Source of the DNA: an uncultured Planctomycetaceae bacterium
GTDB lineage: Bacteria > Planctomycetota > Planctomycetia > Pirellulales > PALSA-1355
Direction: 5' to 3'
Length of the DNA stretch: 64,000 nucleotides
Assembly (NCBI GenBank): GCA_963785305.1
Contig: CAWAUV010000007.1
Span: 384,001 to 448,000, forward strand
Below the pieces are notes generated by a model. The model was given only the letters and a program-made list of their open reading frames with translations, ran no database searches and was not told where the DNA came from. A program made the position numbers and the translations under genes. This document shows, piece after piece, positions 32,610 through 43,693 of the stretch (position 1 is the first letter of the stretch; every line of letters starts with the position of its first letter).

Positions 32610-33553
32610 TCAAGACGCCGATGTCGCCGAGCTATCGGGCGCCAGCGAGGGCTCGACATGCACGGCCACATCCAAAATGCCCAGGTCGGCCGCCAGCAGG
32701 GCGTCCTTGACACGGTGGCCGATACGATGCCCTTCGCGCACCGAGGCCTCGCCATCGACGACCACATGCAGTTCGACGAAGGTGCCCAACCCGCTTTTGC
32801 GCACGCGGCACTTTTCGATCTCCGCCACGCCCTCGACCTCGGAGGCGAGCCCGCGGACACGGTCTTCGTATTCGCTCGGCGGCGCGGCGTCGAGCGAATC
32901 GGCCAGGGAGGTTCGCAGCATGCGCGCTCCATTGAATGCAATCACGAGACACGCCACGAGCGCGGCCCAATCATCGGCTGTTTCGTAGCCGGGCCCTTTC
33001 ACGAGCGCGATCAAGATGCCGACGAACGCCGCCAGCGATGTAAACACATCGGAGCGATGATGCAGCGCATCGTTCTTCACGGCGCTCGAGCCAATGCTAT
33101 CCCCGGCCCGCAGCAGCCAGCGAAACAATACCTCCTTGGCCACGATCACCACCACGAGCACGACAAGCGTGAACGGCGCGGCGCATGGCGAGGCGCGAGA
33201 ATCTCGCGCACGCTTTGGATCGCGATTCCCAGGGCCGTGGCCAGCAGTGTGATCGCCGCCACGAGCCCGGCGAGCGATTCGGCCCGGCCGTAGCCATAGG
33301 GATAGCGTTCGTTGGGTGGCGAGGCGGCGATGCGCAGGCTGCCCCAGACGAGCGCGGCGCTGAATACATCGAGCACCGATTCCACGCCATCGGCGATCAG
33401 CGCGTAGGCATTGCCCACCACGCCGGCGAGAATCTTCACGAACGCCAGGGACACGCTCACCGCGATGCCGATCGCCGTGGCGCGAGTTCCTTGCCGCGTG
33501 GGCTCGGCCAACCGGGCAAAGCCGGAGGCGCCGTCGTCGATCGAATTTGGCAC
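32610..33553 (-). CDS. Cation diffusion facilitator (FieF-like) transporter (frameshifted)
   Basis: 'ALIADGVESVLD', 'PYGYGRAE', 'DALHHRSD' and C-terminal 'VHVEP'. Confidence 0.88.
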
Positions 33554-33620
33554 GTCGCTATTCCGTGGGAAAGCCGGGAACTGCTGGGAACCGCCGCGGC
33601 GCTCGCTTGCGCTCGCGATC

Positions 33621-34292
33621 TCAACATCGGTTGCGTTCGCGCCCTGGACAAGCGATCTCGGGCACGCGATCGCGGGCGTCATCGCGGGCGCGGCGAGATT
33701 CGTAAAGATCGTAAAGGTCGAACAACACTTCGCGAACATTGCCTCGCCGCGCGACATAGCTCGCTTCGGCCCGAGCGCGGTACGGCTCGCTCCACTCGGC
33801 GCCCAATAGTCGGGCCGCGAGCGCGACGACAAGCTCGGCCGAAGGCGAGGTGGCGACGAGTTCCGGTGTCGAAGTCGGGCAATGCGACGTGAGCAGCAGA
33901 CCCAGGCCCGACCGTCGACAAAGGCGGTTCAATCGCCAGCGAGCCCAATGCCCCAACTGCTCATGGCCATCGACCATTACGATCGCGCGCCGCTCGCTTG
34001 GCCCTTTCGGTCCCGAGGAAACGAGCCGCTGAATTTCGCGCTTTGCCGGCCGCGGCAAACTACGATTACCTTCACGGAGCGAGATCATGGCCAAGAGATG
34101 TCCCTCGGCGGCGAGTCGAGCCCCGAGCGTCGCGAGGAGCGTCGACTTGCCGCTGCCATGAGGGCCCACGATCGCTCCGCGCCGGCCTTGTCGGGCAAAG
34201 CGGGCGAGCAACTCATCGAGCGTGATTCCCGGTGGAAGTTCGAAGTCGATCGCGCCGGGCCGCACCCAGCGCGTGGCAAAGGGATTGTGCAT
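33621..34292 (-). CDS. Small P-loop NTPase-like protein
   Basis: Walker A 'GPHGSGKST'; Walker B-like 'IVMVDGHEQ'. Confidence 0.7.
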   Translation of the reverse strand: MHNPFATRWVRPGAIDFELPPGITLDELLARFARQGRRGAIVGPHGSGKSTLLATLGARLAAEGHLLAMISLREGNRSLPRPAKREIQRLVSSGPKGPSERRAIVMVDGHEQLGHWARWRLNRLCRRSGLGLLLTSHCPTSTPELVATSPSAELVVALAARLLGAEWSEPYRARAEASYVARRGNVREVLFDLYDLYESRRARDDARDRVPEIACPGRERNRC

Positions 34293-34366
34293 CGCGCGCG
34301 CGATTCCACCCGCCCGCGAGAGCGCTTGCGGCGCGGCGTCGCGCGGCGCCCGACGACATCGATTTT

Positions 34367-34776
34367 TCAGTGGGATTCATGGGGTTGGATCTCGGCCGGG
34401 GGAACGGCGCCCAAGCGAAAGGCGAGCTCATGCAGCACATCCTTGCCGCGGCGCATGCACAGTCGCAGCCGCACCGACCACGTGATTTTCACGATCACGC
34501 CCGCATAGCTCAGCGGGCTCGGCGGCAATCGGGTGGCAAAAGGCTGCATCAACTTTAATTCATACCAGCTCGGAGCCTCGGCCCCCAGCGACGAAAATAA
34601 TGCACGGCCAAGTCCTCGTCGCCCTTGCCCTCGGTATGCCAGAGCACCGAAAGCTCGACGGCGCTCAGCTCCGCGAGATCGATCTCGCCCACGGAGAACA
34701 CGCCCGAAAGCGTGTCGCCCGGCGCGTAGTCGAGCCGGTCGTGGTTCAGCGAGAGATGGGGGCCGGAAACGATCAT
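34367..34776 (-). CDS. Hypothetical protein (arrestin/Spo0M-like beta-sandwich; frameshifted)
   Basis: ATGA overlap with the upstream gene; 'YAPGDTLSG...VLWHTEGKGDED' and 'LPPSPLSYAGVIVKITW'. Confidence 0.55.
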
Positions 34777-36077
34777 CGCGCCGCGGCTCCCCGCCGCGCG
34801 GGCGCGACGATCACGGGAAACTCGCGGACGAAGTCGGGCCAACCCGCCACGGCGCCTCGCACGCGCAGCCGCCACTGCACCTCGTTGTGAACGGCCTTGA
34901 ACGAGTGCATGGCCGCCATCGGAATGCGCAGTGCGCAGCGACTCTCGAATGGAGTGCCGGGAAGAATCTCGAACTGTTCGCGGCGCAGCACCGACTCGGC
35001 GAACACTTGCCGCTCTTCGGTGCGCGTGTCGGTGCCTTGGCGATAGGTCGCGACCTCGTGGCACGAGAGCAACACTTCCAGCAGATTGACCGACAGCCGG
35101 CCGGCTTGCGAAATGAGAATCTCGTATTGCGCGCAGGGCGCGAGCGGATGATCCGAGATTTCGACGCGGGTTGGCCCCACGCCGGTCGTGCGCAGCAGTT
35201 GCCGCACCAGATACACGATGAGCCCGATGCCGATCACGACAAACGGCACGACGAACACGGTGAGCCCCCAGTTGGGCGCGCCGGTCACGTGGCCGCGCAC
35301 CACCATTACGAGAAACATGAGCGTGAGCCCATTCCACACCAGACAGGCCGCCAGCGCGGCGAAGGGCCCGACTCGGCGGCCGCCGCCACGGGCAGCCGGT
35401 AGGCGAGCGCGGTGCCGGGGCTATTGGTGAAGTTGGCGTCGGTGGGCACGTTGGGAAAGCCTTGCGTGCCTTCGGCGGCTTTTTCGAAGAATTCGAGGTT
35501 CGCCGCTTTTTGCCGGAGCGCGGCCCGCCGCTCGGCCGATGAGCCCCAGCGAAGCAGCGTGTAGGCCAGCCCGCCGCCGCCGATGATGATGAAACAAAAT
35601 GGAATGAGCAGCAGCAGATACAAAAATCCGCTGTAACCGCGCACCACGCACCGATTGCCGCGGATCGATCGGGTCGTACCAACAGGGCCGCTTCTCGCCG
35701 ACCATGAACGGGGCCAAGGCCGCGAGCGCCGCTTCGTGGCTGCTGATCGGGTCGCGGCGCACATCGTAAGTCACGGCGTCGAACCGCTGACCATCGACTT
35801 GATAATGAATCGCGACCTCGGGCAAGAACGATATTTCGCCATCGGCGTCAACCACTTCGCCGAGCGTCACGCGATCGATCGTGCATTGGGTCTCGGCGAA
35901 TTGGCGATTGGCGCGCCACTCGGGAATCACGAGGTTGCCGAACATGATTCCGAAGAACACGCCGCCCGCCGTGAGAAACACGGTGAAGAACAGCGCCTCG
36001 CCCAGGCTGCCGAGCCGTTGCGATCCGGTGCGGCGATGACCGCGCTTTTTGCCGTAGAATCGAAACCAGCGGGCCAC
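34773..36077 (-). CDS. DUF3592-like membrane protein (frameshifted)
   Basis: TM - soluble segment 'YQVDGQ...WYDPIDP' - TM architecture; C-terminal beta-sandwich 'MHSFKAVHNEVQW'. Confidence 0.6.
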
Positions 36078-36273
36078 GAGGCTCCTCCCAGGAAATCGAG
36101 ATTCGAGTCCGGCGACCCAATGCCGGCCGAAGAAAAGTCGCTAAAATGCATGCCGCGAAGTTTTGCCGAGAAGTATTGTGCCCTCGTGGCCAAAAAAGGA
36201 CAACCGGGCCGCGACCGGGAGTCGGCCACTCGCGGCGTTGGATTTTTCACCCCTGCGATCAGGAACAGGCGCC

Positions 36274-37615
36274 ATGTCGCTCGTCGTTGCCCGCGGCCTT
36301 GCATTGCTTGCCCTTGTGTTCGCCGTAGTGTTCGCAATGGCCTGCCGCTTGGGCGACACGGCTTCGGCCGGCGAGTGGCCGCAGATTCTTGGCCCGAATC
36401 GCGATGGCGTTGCGCGGAACGAAAAACTTGCCGACCATTGGTCGCCCGACGGGCCGAAGCTTATGTGGCAAGTGAAAGTCGGCGCCGGCTACGCTGGACC
36501 GATCGTGACTCGCGTCGACGACCCGGGCACTGCGTGTCCGAAGCCGGCTCATCGTGTATCATCGCCAAGGCGAGCAAACGCTGCGCCGACGCGTTCGACT
36601 CCGCGACGGGCGCGCAACTATGGCAATCCTCGTTTCCCACTTCCTATACCAGCAACATCGCGCCCGACGATGGCCCTCGCGCCACGCCGCTGGCGACGGG
36701 CGATTCCCTGATTCTCTTTAGCGCCGAGGGCGATATGCGCTGTTTGGCCCTCGCCACCGGCGCGGTGCGCTGGACACGGCGCTTGGGCGCCGAGCTTTCG
36801 GCGCCGCCCGGATATTTCGGTTTCGGCAGCACGCCGATCGTGATCGATGGCCGGGTGCTGGTGAATGTCGGCGGTCCGCGCGGCGCCGGGATCGTGGCGC
36901 TTGCCCTGGCCGATGGCGCCACGCTTTGGCAAAAGACCGACGAAGCCGCCAGCTATTCATCGCCCATCGCCGCCAAATTCGATGGCCGCCGGCGGGCGAT
37001 CTTCATTACCCGGTTCCATGTGCTCTCGCTCGATCCGGCCACGGGCGAGCTGGGGTTCCGCATTCCGTTTGGCGCTCGCGGCCCGACGGTAAATGCCGCC
37101 AATCCGGTGCTGCTCGGCGACCATCTGTTCATTACAGCCAACTATGGCGTGGTGCACGGCTGCTGAAGCTCACTGGCGATGAGGCCGAGGTGGCATGGTC
37201 GGCCGACGATGTGCTGAGCAGCCAGTTCGTCACGCCGGTAGCCTATCAAGGCGTGCTCTACGGCATCGATGGCCGACAAGACGCGGGCGTCGCGCGGCTG
37301 CGGGCCGTCGACCCCCTCGCCAAACGCGTGCTTTGGACGCAAGAAGATTTCGGCACGGCCACTTTGCTCCTGGCCGATGGCAAGCTGCTGGCCCTCAAGA
37401 CCGATGGAACCCTGGTGCTGATCGACCCGCGGCCCGACGCCTATCGGGAACTGGCGAGAGCCAAGATACTCGAAGGCACGACCCAACCGCTCGCCGCCCT
37501 CTCCGACGGCTTTTTCCACGCCCGCGACACCGACACGCTGAAATGCTTCGACCTAAGAGGCGGCCGACCGGCGGAGACGCGGCCACTGAAGAACACGGAC
37601 GAAACACGGAAATAG
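36274..37615 (+). CDS. PQQ-like beta-propeller repeat protein (frameshifted)
   Basis: 'EWPQILGPNRDG', 'GPRATP' and 'ASYSSP'; repeated 'D..TG...W' blades. Confidence 0.85.
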
Positions 37616-37699
37616 CGACAAAGAAAGACCCGCGTCATTCGCCCTTCTTCTTCCTACTTCTTCCTTTTTCTGCCTTCTTCTTCCGTGTCCTTCCGTGGC
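37594..37699. repeat. REP-like imperfect inverted repeat flanking a pyrimidine tract between convergent genes
   Basis: CACGGACGAAACACGGAA ... TTCCGTGTCCTTCCGTG with a CTT-rich spacer. Confidence 0.5.
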
Positions 37700-37728
37700 T
37701 AAAATCCCCTCCCCCCGGCCCATCGGCC

Positions 37729-39573
37729 TTAGAGCCGACAAATCAGCAGTTCGCGTTCGTAGATCATCTCGGGCGGCAGGTGGTCGTGTAGATCGATGAA
37801 CAGCTCTTCGTGTTGGATCACCTCGGAGCGCCAAGCGGCGCGATCGATGCATTGCAGCGCGTCGAACCGCTCGCGCGAGAAGTCGAGGCCGCGCCATTCG
37901 ATGTCTTCGTAGTAGGGTGTCCAGCCGATGGGCGTTTCTTGTCCCTGGGCTCGCCCGCGCACTCGGTCGACGATCCACTTCAGCACGCGCATATTTTCGC
38001 TGAAGCCCGGCCAGAGAAAGCGGCCTTCGTCATCTTTGCGAAACCAGTTCACATGAAAGATTCGCGGCGTGACCGTGAGCTTGCGCTGCATGCGAATCCA
38101 GTGGCGGAAATAGTCGCCCATGTGGTAGCCGCAAAAGGGAAGCATCGCCATGGGATCGCGGCGCACTTTGCCAATCGCGCCGGCCGCGGCGGCGGTCATT
38201 TCCGAGCCCATCGTGGCGCCGGCGTACACGCCCGAACTCCAGTTGAAGGCTTGATACACGAGCGGAATCGTGCTCGCCCGCCGACCGCCAAACACGATCG
38301 CGCCCAGTGGCACTCCATGGGGGTCTTCCCAATCGGGGTCGATCGTCGGGCATTGGCGGGCCGGGGCCGTGAAGCGGGCATTCGGATGCGCGGCTTTCGC
38401 GCCGGTTTGCTTGGCGATCTCGGGCGTCCACTTCCGGCCTTGCCAGTCGATGCATTCGGCCGGCGGCTCGTCGGTCATGCCTTCCCACCAAGGGCCGCCG
38501 TCGGGAGTGAGCGCCACATTCGTGAAGATCGTGTTCTTCGAGAGGGCCGCCATCGCGTTCGGATTCGTTTTCTTCGATGTGCCCGGCGCCACGCCAAAGA
38601 AACCGGCCTCGGGATTGATGGCCCTGAGCCGCCCGTTTTCGTCGGGCTTGATCCAGGCGATATCGTCGCCGGCGGTCCACACCTTCCAGCCCTCGAACCC
38701 CGCCGGCGGAATCAGCATCGCGAGATTTGTCTTGCCGCAGGAACTGGGAAACGCGGCGGCGAGATAGGTCTTTTCACCCTGCGGGTTCTCGATGCCCACG
38801 ATCAGCATGTGCTCGGCCATCCAGCCTTCGTCGCGGGCGATCGCCGAGGCGATGCGGAGGGCGAAGCATTTTTTGCCCAGCAGCGCGTTGCCGCCATAGC
38901 CCGAACCATAGCTCCAGATTTCGCGCGTTTCGGGAAAGTGGACGATGTATTTCGTCGAATTCGAGGGCCACGGCTTATCGACCTCGCCCGGCGCGAGCGG
39001 CGCCCCGACACTGTGCATGCACGGCACCACGCGCTTCTCGTCTTTATCGATCTCGCGAAACACGGCCGCGCCGATCCGGGCCATGATGCGCATGCTGGCC
39101 ACGACATAGGGCGAGTCGGTGAGCTGCACGCCGATTTGCGACATCGGCGAGCCGACGGGGCCCATGCTGTAAGCGAGCACATACATCGTCCGCCCGCGCA
39201 TGCAGCCGTCGAACAGCCGCTTGAGCGTGCGTCGCATTTGATAGGGGTTTTCCCAATTGTTGGTCGGGCCGGCGCCATCTTCCGAAAGCGAGCAAATGAA
39301 AGTGCGATCTTCGACCCGCGCCACGTCCGACGGATCGCTCCGCACCAGAAAGCAGCCGGGCCAGCGCTCGGCGTCGAGCCGAATCATCGTGCCGCTGGCG
39401 ACCATGGCCTCGCACAGGCCATCGTATTCCTCTTGCGAGCCATCGACCCAGTGGATGGCCTCGGGCCGAGTGAGCTCGGCCATTTTCTCGACCCAGCGAA
39501 CGAGATGTTTGTTCTGGCTGACGCTTGACCGGAATGCCGGTGGCTGGAAGGCAGGGTTCGCGACATGTCGCAC
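37729..39573 (-). CDS. pckG: Phosphoenolpyruvate carboxykinase (GTP)
   Basis: '[13 protein letters not shown]', '[18 protein letters not shown]', '[14 protein letters not shown]', 'HPNARF' and 'FLWPGFSEN'. Start is approximate. Confidence 0.97.
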   Translation of the reverse strand: MRHVANPAFQPPAFRSSVSQNKHLVRWVEKMAELTRPEAIHWVDGSQEEYDGLCEAMVASGTMIRLDAERWPGCFLVRSDPSDVARVEDRTFICSLSEDGAGPTNNWENPYQMRRTLKRLFDGCMRGRTMYVLAYSMGPVGSPMSQIGVQLTDSPYVVASMRIMARIGAAVFREIDKDEKRVVPCMHSVGAPLAPGEVDKPWPSNSTKYIVHFPETREIWSYGSGYGGNALLGKKCFALRIASAIARDEGWMAEHMLIVGIENPQGEKTYLAAAFPSSCGKTNLAMLIPPAGFEGWKVWTAGDDIAWIKPDENGRLRAINPEAGFFGVAPGTSKKTNPNAMAALSKNTIFTNVALTPDGGPWWEGMTDEPPAECIDWQGRKWTPEIAKQTGAKAAHPNARFTAPARQCPTIDPDWEDPHGVPLGAIVFGGRRASTIPLVYQAFNWSSGVYAGATMGSEMTAAAAGAIGKVRRDPMAMLPFCGYHMGDYFRHWIRMQRKLTVTPRIFHVNWFRKDDEGRFLWPGFSENMRVLKWIVDRVRGRAQGQETPIGWTPYYEDIEWRGLDFSRERFDALQCIDRAAWRSEVIQHEELFIDLHDHLPPEMIYERELLICRL

Positions 39574-39895
39574 GGTCTCCGTCGAAAGCAATTCGCGGGG
39601 CAAAGTGGGTCGCCAGCGGCGCTTCGCCCATCGACGGTCTATCATCCCCGGCGCGCTCCGCGTTGGCTAGGCCACTTTCGAGCGCCGGCCGCGCGAAATG
39701 CTTCACATTGAGCGAGCTTGCGAGTGTCGTCGTGAATGTGCCGTGGACTTCGCGATTTGCTTTGACCGCGTTCGACCCGGATCGTTACATTAGATCGCAA
39801 AGACGCTTCCGGCGTCGGGCTGCTGTCTGTCCCGGCGCCGACATGCGACCCATGATCGATATTTTCCTCGTTGACGGCTGGCCCGCGAGCAACCG

Positions 39896-40078
39896 ATGCG
39901 CGACGATGCTTCCTATGTCTGCGATTCGTGCGGCGAGGAGATCGTCGTGCCGATTGATCTTTCGGCCGGCGCCGAGCAGACCTATATCGAGGATTGCCCG
40001 GTCTGTTGCCATCCCAATGTGCTCCATGTGATCGTCGAAGATTCGGGCGAAGTCCGCGTGTGGAGCGAATCGGAATAA
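39896..40078 (+). CDS. CPXCG-motif cysteine-rich small protein
   Basis: 'CDSCGE...YIEDCPVCCHPN'. Confidence 0.85.
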   Translation: MRDDASYVCDSCGEEIVVPIDLSAGAEQTYIEDCPVCCHPNVLHVIVEDSGEVRVWSESE

Positions 40079-40123
40079 TCGCCATTTGGAATAAGCACCC
40101 CACGTTACGAAGACCCTGCCGAG

Positions 40124-41362
40124 ATGGAGCACGCCTCGCCATCAGCGCCGTTTTCTCTAAGGGCGCGCTATCTGTTTCCCATCGCGGGACCGCCGATCCA
40201 CGATGGCGTGGTGAGCATCGCCGCCGGGCGAATCGCGGCGATTGGTCCGCGATCGACTCATTCGCCGCCATCGCTCGATCTTGGCGACGTGGCGATTGTG
40301 CCCGGGCTCGTCAATGCCCACACGCATCTCGAATTCAGCTCGCTCTCGAGTCCGCTCGGTTCGCCTTGCATGGCTCTGCCCGAGTGGCTGGCCGAGGTGC
40401 TCAGTGCGCGAGGACGCGAGGCCGATGTCGCCGCGGCAATCGGGCGCGGGCTCGAAGAATCGGCGGCCGCCGGCGTGACCATGCTGGGCGAAATCGCCAC
40501 GAACCCTTGGCCGGCGACGCTCTCGCGGCCGCCGATGCCCATCGTGATGTTTCGCGAGTTGATCGGTTTATCCGAGGAGCGCGCGACCGCGGCCCTCGGT
40601 ATCGCGAAGGAGCATCTCGGCGCCGCGGCGACCTTCGTCGAGCCTGGGCTCAGTCCCCATGCCCCTTACACCGTGCATCCGAATCTGCTTGCCACCGCGG
40701 TGTCGCTGGCCGCGCGGCATCGCGCGCCGGTGGCAATGCATTCTGGCGGAGTCACGCGAAGAGTTGGAGCTCTTGGCCACGGGAGGCGGCCCCATGGCGC
40801 GGCTGCTCGAAGCGCGCGGCGCATGGCGGCACGAGCTTTTCGGCGGTCGCGGCGTGGCGCAAATCCTCGCGGCGCTGTGCGAGCGCCTCGCGCGCTTGTC
40901 GTGCATGGAAATTACCTCGCGACCGACGAACAGCAGTTCCTCGCCGAACGAGCCGAGACCATGAGCGTGGTGTATTGCCCGCGCACGCACGACTACTTTG
41001 GCCACGCGTCTTATCCACTGGCCGAGATGTTGGCCCGGGGCGTGCGAGTGGCCCTGGGCACCGATAGTCGGGCATCGAATCCGGACTTGAGCCTTCTCGG
41101 CGAGCTGAGGTTCATTGCCGGGCGCCATGGGAATGTGTCGCCGGCCACGATTCTTGAGCTCGGCGCCTTGGCTGGCGCCCGCGCCCTGGGACACGATCGC
41201 GAGACCGGTTCGCTCGAGGTCGGCAAGCGGGCGGACTTGTGCGTGATTCCCCTTGCTCACGGCGAAGCAAGCGATCCGCATGCGCTGCTCTTCGATTCGG
41301 ATCTGCCGGCGATGGAAACTTGGATTTCCGGCCGCCGCGTGGTTCGTCGCGATGCTCACTAG
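40124..41362 (+). CDS. Amidohydrolase family (SAH/aminodeoxyfutalosine deaminase-like); probable compensating frameshifts at ~40745-40890
   Basis: 'PGLVNAHTHLE', 'SPHAPYTV', 'ALGTDS' and 'GSLEVGKRADL'. Confidence 0.88.
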   Translation: MEHASPSAPFSLRARYLFPIAGPPIHDGVVSIAAGRIAAIGPRSTHSPPSLDLGDVAIVPGLVNAHTHLEFSSLSSPLGSPCMALPEWLAEVLSARGREADVAAAIGRGLEESAAAGVTMLGEIATNPWPATLSRPPMPIVMFRELIGLSEERATAALGIAKEHLGAAATFVEPGLSPHAPYTVHPNLLATAVSLAARHRAPVAMHSGGVTRRVGALGHGRRPHGAAARSARRMAARAFRRSRRGANPRGAVRAPRALVVHGNYLATDEQQFLAERAETMSVVYCPRTHDYFGHASYPLAEMLARGVRVALGTDSRASNPDLSLLGELRFIAGRHGNVSPATILELGALAGARALGHDRETGSLEVGKRADLCVIPLAHGEASDPHALLFDSDLPAMETWISGRRVVRRDAH

Positions 41363-41525
41363 TGGATTGTCACAATTGAAATGACGGGTTGGATTGGTTC
41401 GGTGGCGCCATGCCCACGGCCCTGCGTGGGCATGAGGACTCCGCGTGGCGCTCGAAACATGCCCACGCTGGGCGTGGGCATGGCACACGGGGTTACCTAT
41501 CATTTCAGCCGTGACAAAGCACTAG
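41359..41525 (+). mobile_element. MITE-like element, copy 3
   Basis: CTAGTGGATTGTCACAATTGAAATG ... CATTTCAGCCGTGACAAAGCACTAG; two internal hairpins. Confidence 0.9.
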
Positions 41526-41574
41526 CTTGAGCGACCTGATCGGCGAACGAAGTTCGTCGACGCATGGCGACTTT

Positions 41575-43070
41575 TCAGGCCGAAACCGGCAGGTTCAGCG
41601 CCAGTGGCGGACCCACGTCGATCGCCGCCGCGGCCGGCTTCGGAGCGCCCTCGACTGCTGCCCGAAAGTATCGTGCCGCCTGACTCTCGGGCTCGAGCGT
41701 CTGCCATTCATGCACCACTTCCGCGGCTTCGATGTCGCGGCCGGTGGTGAGCAGTGCTTCGGCAAGCCAGCGAAAGCAAAATGCATCGCGGCAGCCGTCT
41801 TCGTAAGCCGCTTGCAAGAAGCGGATCGCTTCGGCCCATTCGTGTCGCGCCGCTAATCAGGCGCGGCGCAAGGCGGTGCGCAATGATTCTCGTTGCGTCG
41901 CATCGCCGGGCAAGTGATCGGCTTCTTCGAGTGCCCGCTGGCGATCATCGTGTTTAATGCAAAGCTCGATCAGGTGGCGCCGCACGCGTGTTGATTTCGG
42001 AAACCGCTCGAGTGCCCGCTCAAGCCATGTTCGCGCTTCGTGGTCGCGATCTTGTTGTTCGAGCGACACCGCGAGGCACACCGCGGCGATCTCATGGATG
42101 TCGGTCACATGCCACGCCAAAGGATCGATGCGTCCATGTTGAAATGCGGTGGCGCACGCCGATTCGGCCAAATCGAGCCTGTTTTGCGATTGCATATAAC
42201 CGCCCACGGCGCAGAGCAATTGGGCGTCGAGCGGAAAAATGGCGAGCGCTTCGAGGCAGATTTTGGTGAGCGTCTCGCGGGCCGAGGCGTCGTCGCCCAG
42301 CGCGGTAAGCAAGCCATAGTAGGCTTCGCGCTGAGCGGTCGAACCGCGCTCGGCCGCGTGACACGCCTCGGCAAACAGGGCCATGGCGCCGTGATCGCCC
42401 AAGCGAGCCAGGGCTTCGGCCCGCGCCACGAGCAAATGCGCCGCGCGCCGACATCGGAAATCTCGAGATCGATTAGCCGCAGCTCGCGACGGGCGCGCTC
42501 GATCTCGGCCTGAGCGCTGTCTGATTCGCCGCGAATAATGCGCCACGGCAGCATTTCGATGGGAATGTTCGCCGCTTCGAGCGAGGCTCGCATCGAGGGC
42601 CGCGCTCGGCCGACATGACGCGTGGAGGAGCGATTGGGCGCGAGGCGGATTTGCGCCACCTGTTCGCGCGAAATCTGGCCCGGCGCCGCCGGCGCGATCA
42701 CCAGCAGGGTGTAGGCTTTATCGAAGTTCGCCGGCTGCCGCAAGAACAGCCGCAGCGGTTCGCAATCTTCGGCCGCGAGTCGCTCGCCCGGCTCGAGCCA
42801 CAAGACCCAGTGGCCCGTGGCTTGGCCGGCAAGATGGTTGTAAGCCGCCGAGAAATCATCGGTCCAAGCGCCGCTGAAGACCACGGCGCCAAATCGCTCG
42901 GCGAGGGCCGAGACCCCGCGATTGGCCCCGGCGTCGAGAATTAAAATCTCGTCGGCCAGTCCCGCGACGCTCTCGAGGGTCGCCGCCAAATGCTCGTCGG
43001 CATGGCGCGCGACGATCGCCACCGTGAGCCGCCGGGCGGGCGGAAGCGAATTCTGCTGGGGACTCGTCAT
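41575..43070 (-). CDS. GT2-like glycosyltransferase domain + TPR protein (frameshifted)
   Basis: 'LESVAGLADEILILD', 'WTDDFSAAYN' and 'WVLWLEPGE' (degenerate DxD), followed by TPR helices. Confidence 0.75.
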
Positions 43071-43248
43071 GAAAAGTCTCCACGGTTGCTGGGAACTAGC
43101 CATTCGGGCCGCGAAGTGTAGCGAGTTGTGCTATCGCCGGGTAGACCGATCGGCGCCTGGCGCCGCTGGCGGCGGCCCCAGGCAGGCTTTCGGAGGATCG
43201 GTTTTCGTTCGATTGCGATTCTTCGCCGGCGCCGCGGCCGGGGACGAC

Positions 43249-43277
43249 TTGCGACGAGCCCCCGCCGCATCTAAGCT
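43249..43277 (+). promoter_or_regulatory. Candidate sigma70 promoter for the tRNA
   Basis: TTGCGA-N17-TAAGCT about 100 nt upstream of the tRNA. Confidence 0.4.
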
Positions 43278-43379
43278 TGAGCTAGCGGCCCGAGGAAGAA
43301 GGCCGAAGCAGGCCGACGAACAACGCCGCCGACTCGAGTGCAATCGCGTCGGGCGGGCGGCGTGGAACAAGAGTCCGCT

Positions 43380-43461
43380 GGAGGGTAAGCGAATGGCTAG
43401 CGGCGACACTGGAAATGTCGTGCCGGGAAACCGGTTGCGGGTTCGACTCCCGTGCCCTCCG
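43380..43461 (+). tRNA. tRNA-Ser(GGA), atypical; CCA not encoded
   Basis: Acceptor GGAGGGT(A)/(T)GCCCTCC; anticodon arm CGACA-CTGGAAA-TGTCG; long variable arm GCCGG-GAAA-CCGGT; T-arm CGGG-TTCGACT-CCCG; discriminator G. Confidence 0.85.
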
Positions 43462-43693
43462 CTCAGCGCGAAGCCGTCATCGTAACTCGATGACGGCTTT
43501 TAGTTTGCGCCGTTTTTATTTTCAGTCTGCTTTTGAATGCGTTGATTTTGCGCTCGCTTGGCCTCGGCGTCGTCGGGGCGCTTTTTTCGCCTTGGCTTCT
43601 TCCAATAGTTAGGAGTCGGGTCGCCCGTGGTGCGACGGCCGTGAAGCCATTCGCGGGGCTCCGGCGTTCGCATTCATTGCCGAACGCCAAGAA

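Noticed and set aside
37810..39528. Long antisense/shadow ORFs (e.g. 572 aa opposite pckG; also 27121-28365, 46288-47661, 51566-52840)
   Set aside because: Expected in high-GC coding DNA; Arg/Gly/His-rich, no motifs, and opposite well-supported genes.
43490..43690. AT-rich stretch after the tRNA as an att site or integrated element
   Set aside because: I could not find a duplicated tRNA 3' end or an integrase in the window.
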